Of a stretch of DNA of 64,000 nt, positions 39,901 to 50,534 are shown piece by piece. This stretch comes from a virus. The stretch spans positions 6,894 to 70,893 of IMG/VR virus record IMGVR_UViG_3300023096_000002; one strand, 5' to 3'. Each line of letters opens with the position of its first letter. Position 1 is the stretch's first letter. The notes beneath the pieces are model-generated. The model saw nothing but the letters and a program-made list of their open reading frames with translations, had not been told where the DNA came from and did not search any database. A program made the position numbers and the translations under genes.

Positions 39901-42900
39901 GAAACCCCCGGCACGCCCTTTTCAGTGGCGTACAGTTCATCAATGCTGCCAACCCATGTCTTGTCAGACTTGAGCTGAACGCGATCTCCGTCTTCAAGCT
40001 CTTTGCTCATCGGCCCACCTCCTGCGGATCGTGGTCGTAATACGATCGATCCAGTTTGCAAATTCCCATTCCGTCATCTTTTCGACGCCTTTAATATGCG
40101 CGTCAAGGAAAATGCCACCGCCACCGAGCTCTTCCTGCGTCTCCAGGATCGCGTTCAAATACTGGCGCTTATTCAACGGACTTCCTCCGCAGCTCGTCGC
40201 GCTCCTCGGTAGTATCCGGATCGCGTGTGCAGAGATTGTTCGGGACCAAGAACGGGCGATCTGGATGCGCGTCATACTCGCTGACTATGAACCACTTGTC
40301 ATGAATGCCCATAACGCGACCCCACCCTGCCGAGCGACCGTAGTGACCATCCCAATGGATGATATCGTTCGTGACGATAAGGTGACTGCTCACTTCAACC
40401 GACAGCTCGGGAGCGTTTACGGCGACTGTGACCAATGGCTTTTCACCATACCGCCCCTTGAGCACGACGACGCCAGCTTCATCCATTGCCTGATGAACCG
40501 TGAAGCTCAAGCGAACGACTTCGCCTTTGCGCACTTGGTTCATTTTCATTTTAGTATTCACAGTCAATTCCCCTTTACCATTGCAGCGATTTCATCGTAC
40601 AGCGCGATCCGCTCAAAGTGCAAAGTGCGGATCGTATCGTCGTCCATGTCTTTCAACTTGTCAGCCCACATTTCCGCTTCTTCGCCGAACATTGCGAGGT
40701 CATTTTCGCTCTCGCAATACTGTTCACAGAAATAATATGTCGCTTCCGACACAATCTTCGGCGGCGTCTGGAGCAATCTCAACAGAACGCCAGTGTCAAG
40801 GCCGAGGCCGGAATTGGTGCATGCGAACATGCCAGCGAGAATTGTTTTGTTGAGCGGTGCCATCACACAGCCCTCCGTGCGATCTCAGCTTCGATCATGA
40901 TGAGCAGCTGACGGGTTGCGATGACTGCACGCGCCTCAGTCATCTTGAGATTGCGAGTGCGCTTGCCGAGGAACTTTGCCGCTTGGCTGGTCTCATCGCT
41001 ATCTGCGAGCAGGCGCCTGGAACGATCCAGGACGGTGGTCAGCTCAGTGATGCTCATAGCGCGGATGCGCATTTCAGGTGTAGAGGCGTTCATTGTTCAA
41101 GCTCCCGTGCAGCGCTGTTCGCCATCATGGCAATCAGCTCATCAACTTTTGCAAGACTAAAGCCGGGCTTGAAAGTCATGGTGCGACTGACGCGACCATT
41201 ATCGAAGCTGAACTCAAAGCGGCCACCATTCTTGGACAAATCCTGAATGATAGCCTCCATTGTTTTCACGTAATCTCGCTTCATTGCAAACCCCTTTGCG
41301 TTGTAGTCCAGGAGCCAACCTTAACAGCTCCTGGACCTATTACAAGGACTTATACTTCAACTCCTGGAATACCTTCCAGGTCCCTGTGACCTTCAACAAC
41401 TTCGTCTTCGTCCACCTGCACGCTGACCCGCACAAGGTCAGTCCCCAACACTTCATCTTCCCGGAGCTGCGGCGCAAGGTCAATCTGCGGCGTATTGTCC
41501 GTCTGGATTTGCACCAACTGTTTCGGTTCAAACTGCTCCGGACCTTCGTTCGCCTGAAACTGGACGGTGAAGTGCAGCCAATGCCAGCCCGCGCTCGCAT
41601 AGCTCGGGGTATGTCGAATGAACCGTCCGCGTACAAGCCCGCGCGGCGCTGGCGTCCGTAGCTTACCAAAGCCATCGGTGTACTGCGGCGGCTGATAGCA
41701 GACTATGATTTCCATTTCTGGCTCATAGTTGGCAGGGTCCCACATTTTGCTGGAATGCACGCGACCTTGAAGCTGCGGCACGCCATTGCTCTCAAGATAG
41801 TTCCAGTCAATATGCAGACGGTCAGCGGCTTCCACTGCGCTGACGAAGATGAATTTCATTCGTTCAATAGTTTTCATTGGACCTCATCCTTGTTCTTTTC
41901 AAAGTATTCCTTGAGCTTCAAGAACACCGAGCGCTCAAGATAAATCTGACTACGGCCAGTCGTCAGCTTGACTTGGAAACTTTCAATTTCCGCATAAACG
42001 CCATCGCCGAGATATTCCTTGTTCATAAATCCAACCCCTCTATCTTCCCTTTGTTGACCATCTCCATTGTCAGTTCATGACCGTGCGTTAGTCCACTGAT
42101 GTAGACTGCCAGCACCGCTCCGTTCAAGCCAGCTCCCGGTCTACGCAGCAATGCATCACGGATGATGTCCTGCGCGATACCGCCCAAAACGGTCTTTTGT
42201 TTTTGGGTCAATTTGATATCGCGCAGGGCGTTTTTGAGCATTAGAGTTCCACCGCATGTTTGATGTGCCTTGCATGAACCTGACTGTCAGCAGGAATATG
42301 AACAATGATTTCTTTGTCCTCCGGCCGAACCGTATTGATCACAAGTACCACGGACCAAACGACCGTCCCATCCGACAGCTCGCTCTTCACAGTGTGAACC
42401 TGCATTAGCCTTCCTCGAAGCGGATAGTCATCGTGAGGTCACAAAGCACGGAAGACGGATCAGTCTCCAACGCCTCACGAATGATATTTGCCAGCGCCAT
42501 CCCAAGAACGTCAGGAGTGAACCCTTCTGGCAACTCAGCCTCAGCGCCGCCGAACCCGCCTGCGCTCATCACAGAAACAAGCATCTTCTTCATCGCTCAC
42601 ACCATGCGTTAATGTGATCCGCCAGCATCATGCCAGCGGTATCAATTTTCCATTCATAGCCGAACAGGCCACGACCATTGTGCAATTGTCCATCATCGCC
42701 AATCGGGCCGAGCGTTCTCGGATGAACCTTGACGCAAATCACTTTGCCGAAGTGATCCGGAACATTCCGCTGACGACCATCCCAGAACCGACCGGCAGCG
42801 CGGACAGCTTCCTTAGCATCATCCGCAGTATAGATGATGTCAGTGGAGTGTACTCCGCCATCGTGATTGCGATATTCGTAGATCGCTTCGTAAATGCTGA

Positions 42901-42913
42901 CCAAGCCGTTCAT
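33921..42913 (-). other. Block of about 25 short, mostly coupled minus-strand hypothetical genes
   Basis: Consecutive ORFs with ATGA/TAATG overlaps, e.g. 34433-34960, 34950-35255, 35212-35421 (SEC-C-like CPCGSG), 37281-37703, 37959-38366, 40169-40567, 40564-40866, 40863-41093, 41350-41877, 42590-42913; functions not recognised. Confidence 0.6.
34369..34502. repeat. Array of palindromic GACCGGTC octamers
   Basis: Perfect copies at 34369, 34381, 34410, 34427, 34450 and 34495; variants at 34398 and 34479. Confidence 0.85.
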
Positions 42914-43450
42914 TTGATAATACCAAAATGCTTGGAAAGAGTGCGGACGCGGCGGACCATGATCTGGCGGAGCGTCTCAGTGCTTTCGCTGCTCGTGTGT
43001 CCGGGCGCTCCATGCAGCTCTATGATCGTGGCATTCAGGTTTTCCTGATAAGCCCCCGTCGCTTCCAGCACATCCACGACTTTATCGACGAAGCTCGGCG
43101 GATACATATCATTCATGGCAAAGTCGCGCTCAGCACCTTTGAAGATATCCAGCGCACGCATCATCCACTGAGCTTCAGGATGAAACTCGCTCTTGCCGTA
43201 ATGGATGAACCTAGGGATAACTTCCCGCGTGCTAATCTCGCCACGGTAGTTCACGTAGTCAAAGCGGTAGGCCGGTAGCAAAGCCAAGCCTAGCCCGTTT
43301 GCAGGCGCAATAGGAGCGTCTGTAGGCGCCGTGGTAGCCTCTTCCGCCTTAGCTGGTGTGCTGGTAGCGCCGCTAGCCTGCGCTACTGCCAGCCCCTTTA
43401 AAAGCGCGGGGTGTGCGCTCAGTTCTTCAAGTGACTTTAGTTTGTCAGAC
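42910..43450 (-). CDS. Stand-alone WYL-domain protein
   Basis: FDYVNYRGEISTREVIP..I.YG...FHPEAQWMMRALD..KGAERDFAM; likely start MSDKLK. Confidence 0.7.
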
Positions 43451-43476
43451 ATCGGAAAGTTCCCTTTTCCTATGTG

Positions 43477-43503
43477 AAAGAGCCCGGCTGTTAACCGGGC
43501 TCC
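43477..43503 (-). terminator. Intrinsic terminator
   Basis: GAGCCCGG...CCGGGCTC followed by TTT on the minus strand. Confidence 0.65.
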
Positions 43504-43510
43504 GTTTGAA

Positions 43511-44482
43511 TTATGCGGCCAAAGCGTAGTCCGCCATTTCAAGAAGCTGGCGCTTGACGTCCAGTTTGATCTGACCCGTCTTGCCCATCCAGCTATTGTA
43601 GAGGCGAACGTCCTGGGACTTGCCAGCAACGTGGTCAGCCCAATGCGTTACGCCATTGAGCACGCCCCATCCGTTCCCCGGCGTCGCGCCCGGAGCATTG
43701 ACCACACTCGCAAGAACGTTGCCGAGTGTCTTGTTCTGAAGGCTCGGGTTCGTGAGCAGTGTCAGCACCTGAGCCTTCTCATGGCTTTCCGCGACCTGGA
43801 AGTTCTTCGCGAGGAACGTCATGGTGTCGATCGCATTCAGCTTCAGCTTTTGGAGTGCGATAGCTTCCTCCTCGTGGAGGGCGATCTGTTCCTGTGCGAG
43901 CTGGATGGTCTCCTTCGCCTTGCTCACGTCAAACGGCTTGGCGTGCGACTGGCGATATTCCGGGTTGTTGGCCTGACTAAGCGCCATCGCCAAAGTGTTC
44001 GCGCAGACCACGCGGACGGCCGTCGTGCGGGCAGAGTTGCTGACGCCGCTTTCATGCGGAACGATGAGCAGGATGTAGCCGTTGACCTGATCACGGCCGT
44101 TGAGAGTGAAGCCCTTCTTGATGTTGGCCAATCCCCAGACGACGCGCCCGCCATGCAGCGCACCGGCAGTTTCAAGTGTCGCGCCGCCTGTCTCGGTATA
44201 CTCCCGGAAAAACTCCATCGCATCCTTGTTCTGGAAGGGCTGCCAATCCTTGCCGACGACCGAGAAGATGGAATTGTCCGTGTCACGCATCAGCGCCATT
44301 TTGTTCGGGATCATGATCTTTTCATCACCGGCTTCCACGAACAACGGACGCTTGACAACGCCCCAATCGAGACCGGCAGCTACCAGCATCTCATCAACTG
44401 TGACACTGCCGACGACTTTATTGCCGAGACCGTGCCAAGGAGTTTCACCGGCAAAAGCCATTGTTTCCACTGCGTGAGCCAT
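43511..44482 (-). CDS. DUF932/DUF945 (LGT_TIGR03299-type) protein
   Basis: MAH.VETMAFAGETPWHGLG, AGLDW, ETAGALHGGRVVW and VRVVCANTL motifs. Confidence 0.9.
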   Translation of the reverse strand: MAHAVETMAFAGETPWHGLGNKVVGSVTVDEMLVAAGLDWGVVKRPLFVEAGDEKIMIPNKMALMRDTDNSIFSVVGKDWQPFQNKDAMEFFREYTETGGATLETAGALHGGRVVWGLANIKKGFTLNGRDQVNGYILLIVPHESGVSNSARTTAVRVVCANTLAMALSQANNPEYRQSHAKPFDVSKAKETIQLAQEQIALHEEEAIALQKLKLNAIDTMTFLAKNFQVAESHEKAQVLTLLTNPSLQNKTLGNVLASVVNAPGATPGNGWGVLNGVTHWADHVAGKSQDVRLYNSWMGKTGQIKLDVKRQLLEMADYALAA

Positions 44483-44578
44483 TTCCAAATCCCTCTATTT
44501 AAACCGAAGCAGAATTGCTTTAAACTCACTCTAATGGAGCACAGTTATAAAGCAAGAGCAAAACGCTCAGCAATTGGA

Positions 44579-44809
44579 TTATTCCGTCATATCGTTAGGA
44601 ACTTCCTCATGATCCTTTGGCGGTTCACCAAAATGCAGGGCAGTCATTTCCTTTTCAAGGAAGCAACCGTGAGCTCCATGTTCCTTGCGGCAGACTATAC
44701 CGATCGTGCGTTTTTGGCGATCGTCGTAAACAGCTCCGATCAGATGGCCGTATTTGAATTTCTTCTTACCTTCACCGTCGGTGAATTTCCACCAAACAAT
44801 CGCATCCAT
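44579..44809 (-). CDS. Hypothetical protein
   Basis: AAGGA upstream. Confidence 0.45.
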   Translation of the reverse strand: MDAIVWWKFTDGEGKKKFKYGHLIGAVYDDRQKRTIGIVCRKEHGAHGCFLEKEMTALHFGEPPKDHEEVPNDMTE

Positions 44810-44832
44810 AGCATATTCCTTATGCTGGTATC

Positions 44833-44870
44833 AAAAAGCCCTGAGTGCGAGGGGGCTTGCACTCAGGGCT
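44833..44870 (-). terminator. Intrinsic terminator
   Basis: AGCCCTGAGTGC...GCACTCAGGGCT followed by a T-tract on the minus strand. Confidence 0.75.
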
Positions 44871-44898
44871 CTCACATAACCGAAAGGGGTTTGAACGG

Positions 44899-45741
44899 TT
44901 ATGCGGTAGCGGTAGTCGTTTCAGCAGCAGCCTTGGCAGCGGCGGCTTCATCAGCTGCCTTCTTGTCGGCAGCGGCCTTTTCGTCAGCAGCCTTCTTTTC
45001 AGCCTTGGCCTTGTCAGCAGCAGCCTTGGCTTCGGCCGCAGCCTTCACTTCGGCAGCGAGCTTGACGTCTTCGACGGCGCGGGCAGCAAGCGTTTCCTTG
45101 ACAAAGGCAGCGCGGGTGGCTTCGTCGCCGATGACTTCCAGGATGTTCTTGTTGACGCGGTAGTCCTTGTCCAGGTCGCGCAGACGACCGCCCTTGGCGA
45201 GGTAGTCTTCCGTCGAGATGCCCGGATTTTCCTTGATGACGCGCATCGAGTTGAAGCCGCGAGCCGGATTGCCTCGTTCAGCCGGGGGACGACGCGGAGC
45301 GCCTTCACGTGGAGCAACGACCCAGAAGCGCTTGCCGTAAATGCCCATCGGACCGGACGGCGCCTTGTCTTCCTTGTCCTTCTTGACGCGGGCCTTCTTC
45401 TCCGGCTTCACAGCGCCGGCGAGGTCGGATGCGGTCTGCGCTTCCGGCGTGCCGAATGCGGCGTCCAGGGCAGCAAAGAGTTTCGTGGCGGCGATGGCCT
45501 TGTCCTTGCCGAGGTCCTTGGCCTTCAGCGCCTTGGCGTCGTTGTCAACAGCCTTGGAGGCGAGATTGTAGAGCGTGATGTAATGCGGATCGATGTTGAT
45601 GGCGGTCGATGCGACCAGCTCTTCGACGGTGTTGATGATTACATCGCCGCCCTTTTCCGTGTTGTGCGCCGTGGCGTCTTCTTCCGTCTGGTGAGCTGCG
45701 AGCTGTCCTGCGACAAAAGTGAGGTAATGCTTGGAGGTCAT
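44899..45741 (-). CDS. Ala/Lys-rich, histone H1-like putative DNA-binding protein
   Basis: Likely start MTSKHY; AKAAADKAKAEKKAADEKAAADKK tail; strongly biased codons; its own terminator. Confidence 0.6.
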   Translation of the reverse strand: MTSKHYLTFVAGQLAAHQTEEDATAHNTEKGGDVIINTVEELVASTAINIDPHYITLYNLASKAVDNDAKALKAKDLGKDKAIAATKLFAALDAAFGTPEAQTASDLAGAVKPEKKARVKKDKEDKAPSGPMGIYGKRFWVVAPREGAPRRPPAERGNPARGFNSMRVIKENPGISTEDYLAKGGRLRDLDKDYRVNKNILEVIGDEATRAAFVKETLAARAVEDVKLAAEVKAAAEAKAAADKAKAEKKAADEKAAADKKAADEAAAAKAAAETTTATA

Positions 45742-45878
45742 GCCGGTATTCCCTTTGTTTGGATTGGCTTGGATGCGCTGCCGTTGCTTGGTTTGCACCA
45801 ATGACTAGAGCTTAAACTGCTCCCATATATAATGCAAGGACCGCGTACCGGAATTCTTGCATTATGGCAATTAATTCT

Positions 45879-46364
45879 TCAACGATTGTCTTTGGGCTTC
45901 GTCCGACCAAAAATGTAGTCGGGGCGGCGGGCGGCGTTCGGTGGACATACAGCCAAGATGCGCCATCCTTCGTCAAGGCGTTTCTGAACGTCCTGTGTGC
46001 AGCAATCGTCTTCCCATTCCACCTCGTTGACGAACATGAGCATGTTGTCCGCAACGGTTATCTGGATGAGCCTTCCGGCTTGGTAATCCAGCGGTCCGCC
46101 ACGATCCATCAGGTCGCCACGATCACGCATTTTGGTGAGCATCGTTCCGTCGACACCTTCAATGTCGAACTGTGTGACGCCAGCCCTTGTGAGGTTCGCA
46201 ACCTCCTCCATGCTCATGCGCATTCTGGGAACGCTATAGCGATCAAGCGATCCGTCTTTGTTGAGATTACCCTTAGCGAGCGGCCAGTTATCCAGGAACA
46301 CTACCTTCTGCTCATCTGTGAGCACGTTGTAGTCAAAGTTATAGTTTATGGAACAGATCAGCAT
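45879..46364 (-). CDS. Hypothetical phage protein
   Basis: C-terminal DCCT..VQ..LDEGWRILAVCP....RRPDYI.GR motif. Confidence 0.55.
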   Translation of the reverse strand: MLICSINYNFDYNVLTDEQKVVFLDNWPLAKGNLNKDGSLDRYSVPRMRMSMEEVANLTRAGVTQFDIEGVDGTMLTKMRDRGDLMDRGGPLDYQAGRLIQITVADNMLMFVNEVEWEDDCCTQDVQKRLDEGWRILAVCPPNAARRPDYIFGRTKPKDNR

Positions 46365-46570
46365 CAAAGCGGCTCCTTCAGCCAGTAGCATTTGTCAACT
46401 TCATTGTAGCGCATGAGCTGCGGATGCAGTTTCATGACATTCGAAAAGTCTTTGCTGACTATCTGTTCGCTTACGCCGAACTTCTTGACAACGTGCTTAC
46501 GATTAATGAAGCCGTATATTTGAATAAGTTCAATGATCCAACCCATGCGCAGGTTTTCGAAATATCGCAT
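46364..46570 (-). CDS. Stand-alone winged HTH resembling the N-domain of CapW-type WYL regulators
   Basis: RMGWI......YGFINRKHV..KFGVS....SKDF.......P....Y....K.Y pattern. Confidence 0.6.
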   Translation of the reverse strand: MRYFENLRMGWIIELIQIYGFINRKHVVKKFGVSEQIVSKDFSNVMKLHPQLMRYNEVDKCYWLKEPL

Positions 46571-49412
46571 CAGGTATTTTCCTTGAAAGGTGGAGCATGG
46601 TCATACTCACGCCAGCATTGATCCACGAGTGCCGCATCCTCATGCGACAAGTCTACATATCCGTTACCGACGACGAAGCCGGTCCGGAAGGAATGTTCGA
46701 TCAATCCTTTGATCATTTTCTTTTGACCACTCGGGCTGGCATACTTCAACGCCGTAATGTGATCGTCCAGGATTTCGTCTAAGCTATCCGCCAAGTGACC
46801 TTCTCCCATGTATGCGGACGATCTGTTCCTCGAACAGTGCCAGCGCTTCTGTCTTGCTTTCCGCCCAATTGGTGATGCGCGTGAAGAAGGCTTCCTCCTC
46901 CATTGTAGTGATCCCCAAAAGGCTCATTATTTTGGGCCATGTCTCGCAGGTGACCCATTCATCTGGATCAACGTCAAAGAGCTGGCGTGCATGCCCGACG
47001 ATATCCGTGCGCAGGTTTTGATTGCAAAACAGCGGACTGTTTTTGCAAGCGTCCAGGAGCGCGTAGCAGTTGGCTTTTGTTGATGTCATGGTAAACCCCT
47101 TTCCCGGTCCACACTGGCATGGACCTGGATCAAAAGCAAGCCTAGCGACGCTCCTTAATGCCAAGGAACTTCACCAAGTCCTCGCGATACGCTTCCCGGC
47201 CGAACTCATGGCAGCGAAGAACGAGAGCTATGGCACTGTCCAGGTTAGACCAGCCATGTACCGATTGTCTGTCAAAATGAACGGTCGTGTAGCAGCCCGC
47301 GCCAGCCCGCGCCCGTAGCTCAGCACGGTTAGCATCGGCCCTAGCGGCGCTATTATGGTTGACATAATACTCAACTTTGACGCCAATAACGATCGTTTCC
47401 TGCTGGCACTGCTCGCGGTCTATTCCGTTGATGTTGATGTCCATGCTACACCTTCACATCAAATCCGTACTTGACGGATGTTTTGTTGAACTTGTCCCGG
47501 ATGCAGTCACCCAAATCCAGACCGATTTTGTTGGCGATGTTGAACAGGACAACGCCGCAATCCCCGAGCTCATCCTTCAAGCCCTGCTTGATTTCAGCCT
47601 CGGTCTTGCCGTCCGTTTTCAGCCCGAGCTCGATCCGGCGCAGGCGTTTGACGTTGCCGCAGAACTCACCGAACTCTTCGTTGAACTCCACGATGTTATC
47701 GCGCAAGGTCCATTGTCCTTTGGCCCAGAGATTGTCGCGGTCCGCGCAGGCCGACTGCACCGTCTTGAACGTGAGGTCGTAGGAAGGCGGCAAATCTGGA
47801 GTCCCTACTTCAACCGCCTGATTTTGAAGAGAGTATGGATTGCACCAAGCAGCGAGGTTTTGGTACGACAATCCACGCTCTTTCGGGAGCAAGTAATTGT
47901 CAAGGAATGGTGCGGCGTCACGGATCGCATCAAGGACATCATCCATTTCACGAAGCAGCCACGCGGCGTTGCTTTCGCGATCCTTGACCGGTACAGTCGG
48001 ATCATGACTGTCGAAACCAAAACGGTATGATTTACCAAGGGCGGTGAGCACCTCAGCAAACTCCTCCGTTAGGCGACCCATGACCTGCTTTTCGTCATGT
48101 CGATTGATGAATTTTTCGTGCATCAGCAGCGGCTTTCCTTTTTGCGTTCATCTCAATGATGAACTGTTCCTGAAATTCGTTCAGCTTTTCCCGAGACCAT
48201 TCCTTCTGGAGAAACCAGAGCGCGACGGTCTCTTGAATGATCTTACTGTGGACAATTCCGTCTTCGCCGACCTCAACACCCCGAACGGTGATGTTGCGAC
48301 CTGTCCTGAAGTTGCGGCGCATGGTGACGCCCTCCGTACGGAGGAAGCCAAGGTTCGTAGCGACAACGAACAGACTTACGCCATCGGTCATCAATTCAGG
48401 GCAGCGACTATCGCACCGGTCAGCGATGACGGAAGCTGTGACCGGTCGTCCTAGACCGGTCATCACCTGGACGATATGAATGCGCAGTTGTCCGTTGCGA
48501 TCCCGCTTGACCTTTTGGGCGTTCATCGTAATCGGCTCCGCTGCTCTTTCTGGATGGCCTTTAGCTTTTGTTTCATCTCGGCACGTTCACGAACTGTCAT
48601 GTCCCTCCAGTTGCGCTCAAGCTCTACTTCGTATTCACGCTCATCGTTCTCGAGCTGCCGGTCAGTGAACAAATGGTAGTGCGGCAAATCCTTATGCGGT
48701 ATGACGTCGGTCATAACTTACCTTTCTCCAGTGACGCCTTAATGGCCTTGAAACTTTCCATCAGGTCAACCAGTTTGCGAGCGCCGCTCTCGCTGACGGT
48801 CATCAAAGCGCTGAGACCAAAAGCGATATTGTTGTCGCAGTTTTCCATGATGAAGTCATATGAAGCCTTGTCCAATTCGACAACGGCATAGGGCGGATTG
48901 TTTGAGTTCTTTTCGGTCATGCTGGATACTTCTTCTCCAACTTTACGGTCAATTTTTCGATGCTATCGGCATAGGACAAAATCACTTCATCGGCATTCTT
49001 ATAGCCAGTGTGCTTGCGATCATCATCGCGCATCCTAGCGACGTCCAGAGCGAGCTGGTATGCCTGGAGCTTCATGGCTTTAACCGTGCCATTATGCTCC
49101 GCTAGAACGTCTTCAGGTATCCCTGCAATCAATTTCACGTTAGCCTCCTAGTGAACCACGGACCGCCCGCGCACCCGTTAGGTACGCTTTCCAGCTTGCG
49201 TCGGTGTTGGGAATGTTGAGCAGCTTGGCTGCAATGCGAATGCCGATCCAACCGTCATGGACGGTGACGCCTTCCCGCTCTACGCGATGCCAAAGGCGAT
49301 CGGCAGTTTCAAGTTCGAACTTTGCGGTGAGATTATTGTCTGGGTAGGTTTCGATGAAGTGATTTAGACCTTTAATATACGCTTGCTTTGCAGCGGTGAA
49401 ACGGCTGTTCAT
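46570..49412 (-). other. Further small minus-strand hypothetical genes
   Basis: 46570-46809, 46784-47089, 47142-47444, 48095-48526, 48523-48714, 48711-48920, 48917-49138 and 49140-49412, with ATGA coupling. Confidence 0.55.
47446..48123 (-). CDS. Tandem MazG-like nucleotide pyrophosphohydrolase
   Basis: Two EExxE...ExxD units: TEEFAEV..REMDDV and NEEFGEF..DELGDC. Confidence 0.75.
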   Translation of the reverse strand: MHEKFINRHDEKQVMGRLTEEFAEVLTALGKSYRFGFDSHDPTVPVKDRESNAAWLLREMDDVLDAIRDAAPFLDNYLLPKERGLSYQNLAAWCNPYSLQNQAVEVGTPDLPPSYDLTFKTVQSACADRDNLWAKGQWTLRDNIVEFNEEFGEFCGNVKRLRRIELGLKTDGKTEAEIKQGLKDELGDCGVVLFNIANKIGLDLGDCIRDKFNKTSVKYGFDVKV

Positions 49413-49578
49413 GAAACCCCCAGATGATAAAGTACAGGCTGCAAAGTACCTGTTATTTAAAGCCGACGCAAGAGCTAATTTAGAACTCACGTCAGCTGAT
49501 ATCCTCAACGGATCGAACCGACTAAGTATTTGTTTTTGTTAGAGGAATTAAATAACTGTTCATAACTTATTTTTGTCT

Positions 49579-49606
49579 TTGCCTTTACCCCAAAGCAGCG
49601 TATAAG
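49579..49606 (+). promoter_or_regulatory. Putative sigma70-like promoter of the replication operon
   Basis: TTGCCT-N16-TATAAG in the AT-rich divergent intergenic region. Confidence 0.45.
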
Positions 49607-49670
49607 GTGCAACTTGAGCCAAAATGTGGACGGAAGGCCCGCCACAAGCTCATCAAAGGAAAACCCCAAC

Positions 49671-50534
49671 ATGGTTAAATCTCTTACCGCTGCTTCCAAG
49701 GCTGAACCCAAGGAAGTTGTCGTAACCGAACAAGATGCGAACGCTCTCGCATTGGCAGCTGAAGCGGAACTTTTCGACACTGGTGCTTCCACCGGCTTTG
49801 AAAACGTTACCGCCAAAGACCTGCTCATTCCGCGCATCACCATTCTGCAGGGCTTGAGCCCTCAGGTCACACGCGGCAAGCCGGAATTCAATCCGGACCT
49901 GCGTCCAGGCATGATCTATGACGTCGGCCTGACGGAAGTCTTCGAAGAAGCCATCCACGTTATTCCGGTTCACTTCTTCAAGCAGTGGCTTGAATGGGCT
50001 CCCCGGAACACTGGCAAGGGTCTCGTCGCTGTTCATGACAACGGCAGCATCCTGGATCAGACGGAAAAGGACGCCAAGAACAAGGACGTCCTGCCGAACG
50101 GGAACTACGTTTCCGAAACTGCGCAATTCTATGTCCTCAACCTGTCGGCACGGAACCGCAAGTCGTTCATCGCCATGACCAGCACGCAGCTCAAGAAGAG
50201 CCGGAGCTGGCTCACTCGCGCCCAGAACGTCATGATCCCTCGCGCTGATGGCACAGAGTTCCAGGCTCCGCTGTTCTACCATTCTTACATCCTCTCCACC
50301 GTGCCGGAAAGCAATGCCGAAGGCGCATGGGATGGCTGGAAGATCGAGACCGGTCCGAAGCTCACCGAGCTTGACAACTGGAAGCACATTCACAAGCTCA
50401 TCCTCGAGTTCCGCGAAAGCATCGACAAGGGCGAGGTCCAGTCGGACAAGTCGTCGCTTGAAGATGAAGTTTCCGGCGGTCGTGGCGGCGGCGGTCGCAG
50501 CGAAGGTCAGGCTGATACCGGGCAGGCAATGTAA
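49671..50534 (+). CDS. Phage ssDNA-binding/annealing-type protein
   Basis: DLLIPRITILQGLSPQV, WLEW and M.STQLKKSRSW motifs; acidic Gly-rich tail; start MVKSLT after AAGGA. Confidence 0.6.
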   Translation: MVKSLTAASKAEPKEVVVTEQDANALALAAEAELFDTGASTGFENVTAKDLLIPRITILQGLSPQVTRGKPEFNPDLRPGMIYDVGLTEVFEEAIHVIPVHFFKQWLEWAPRNTGKGLVAVHDNGSILDQTEKDAKNKDVLPNGNYVSETAQFYVLNLSARNRKSFIAMTSTQLKKSRSWLTRAQNVMIPRADGTEFQAPLFYHSYILSTVPESNAEGAWDGWKIETGPKLTELDNWKHIHKLILEFRESIDKGEVQSDKSSLEDEVSGGRGGGGRSEGQADTGQAM

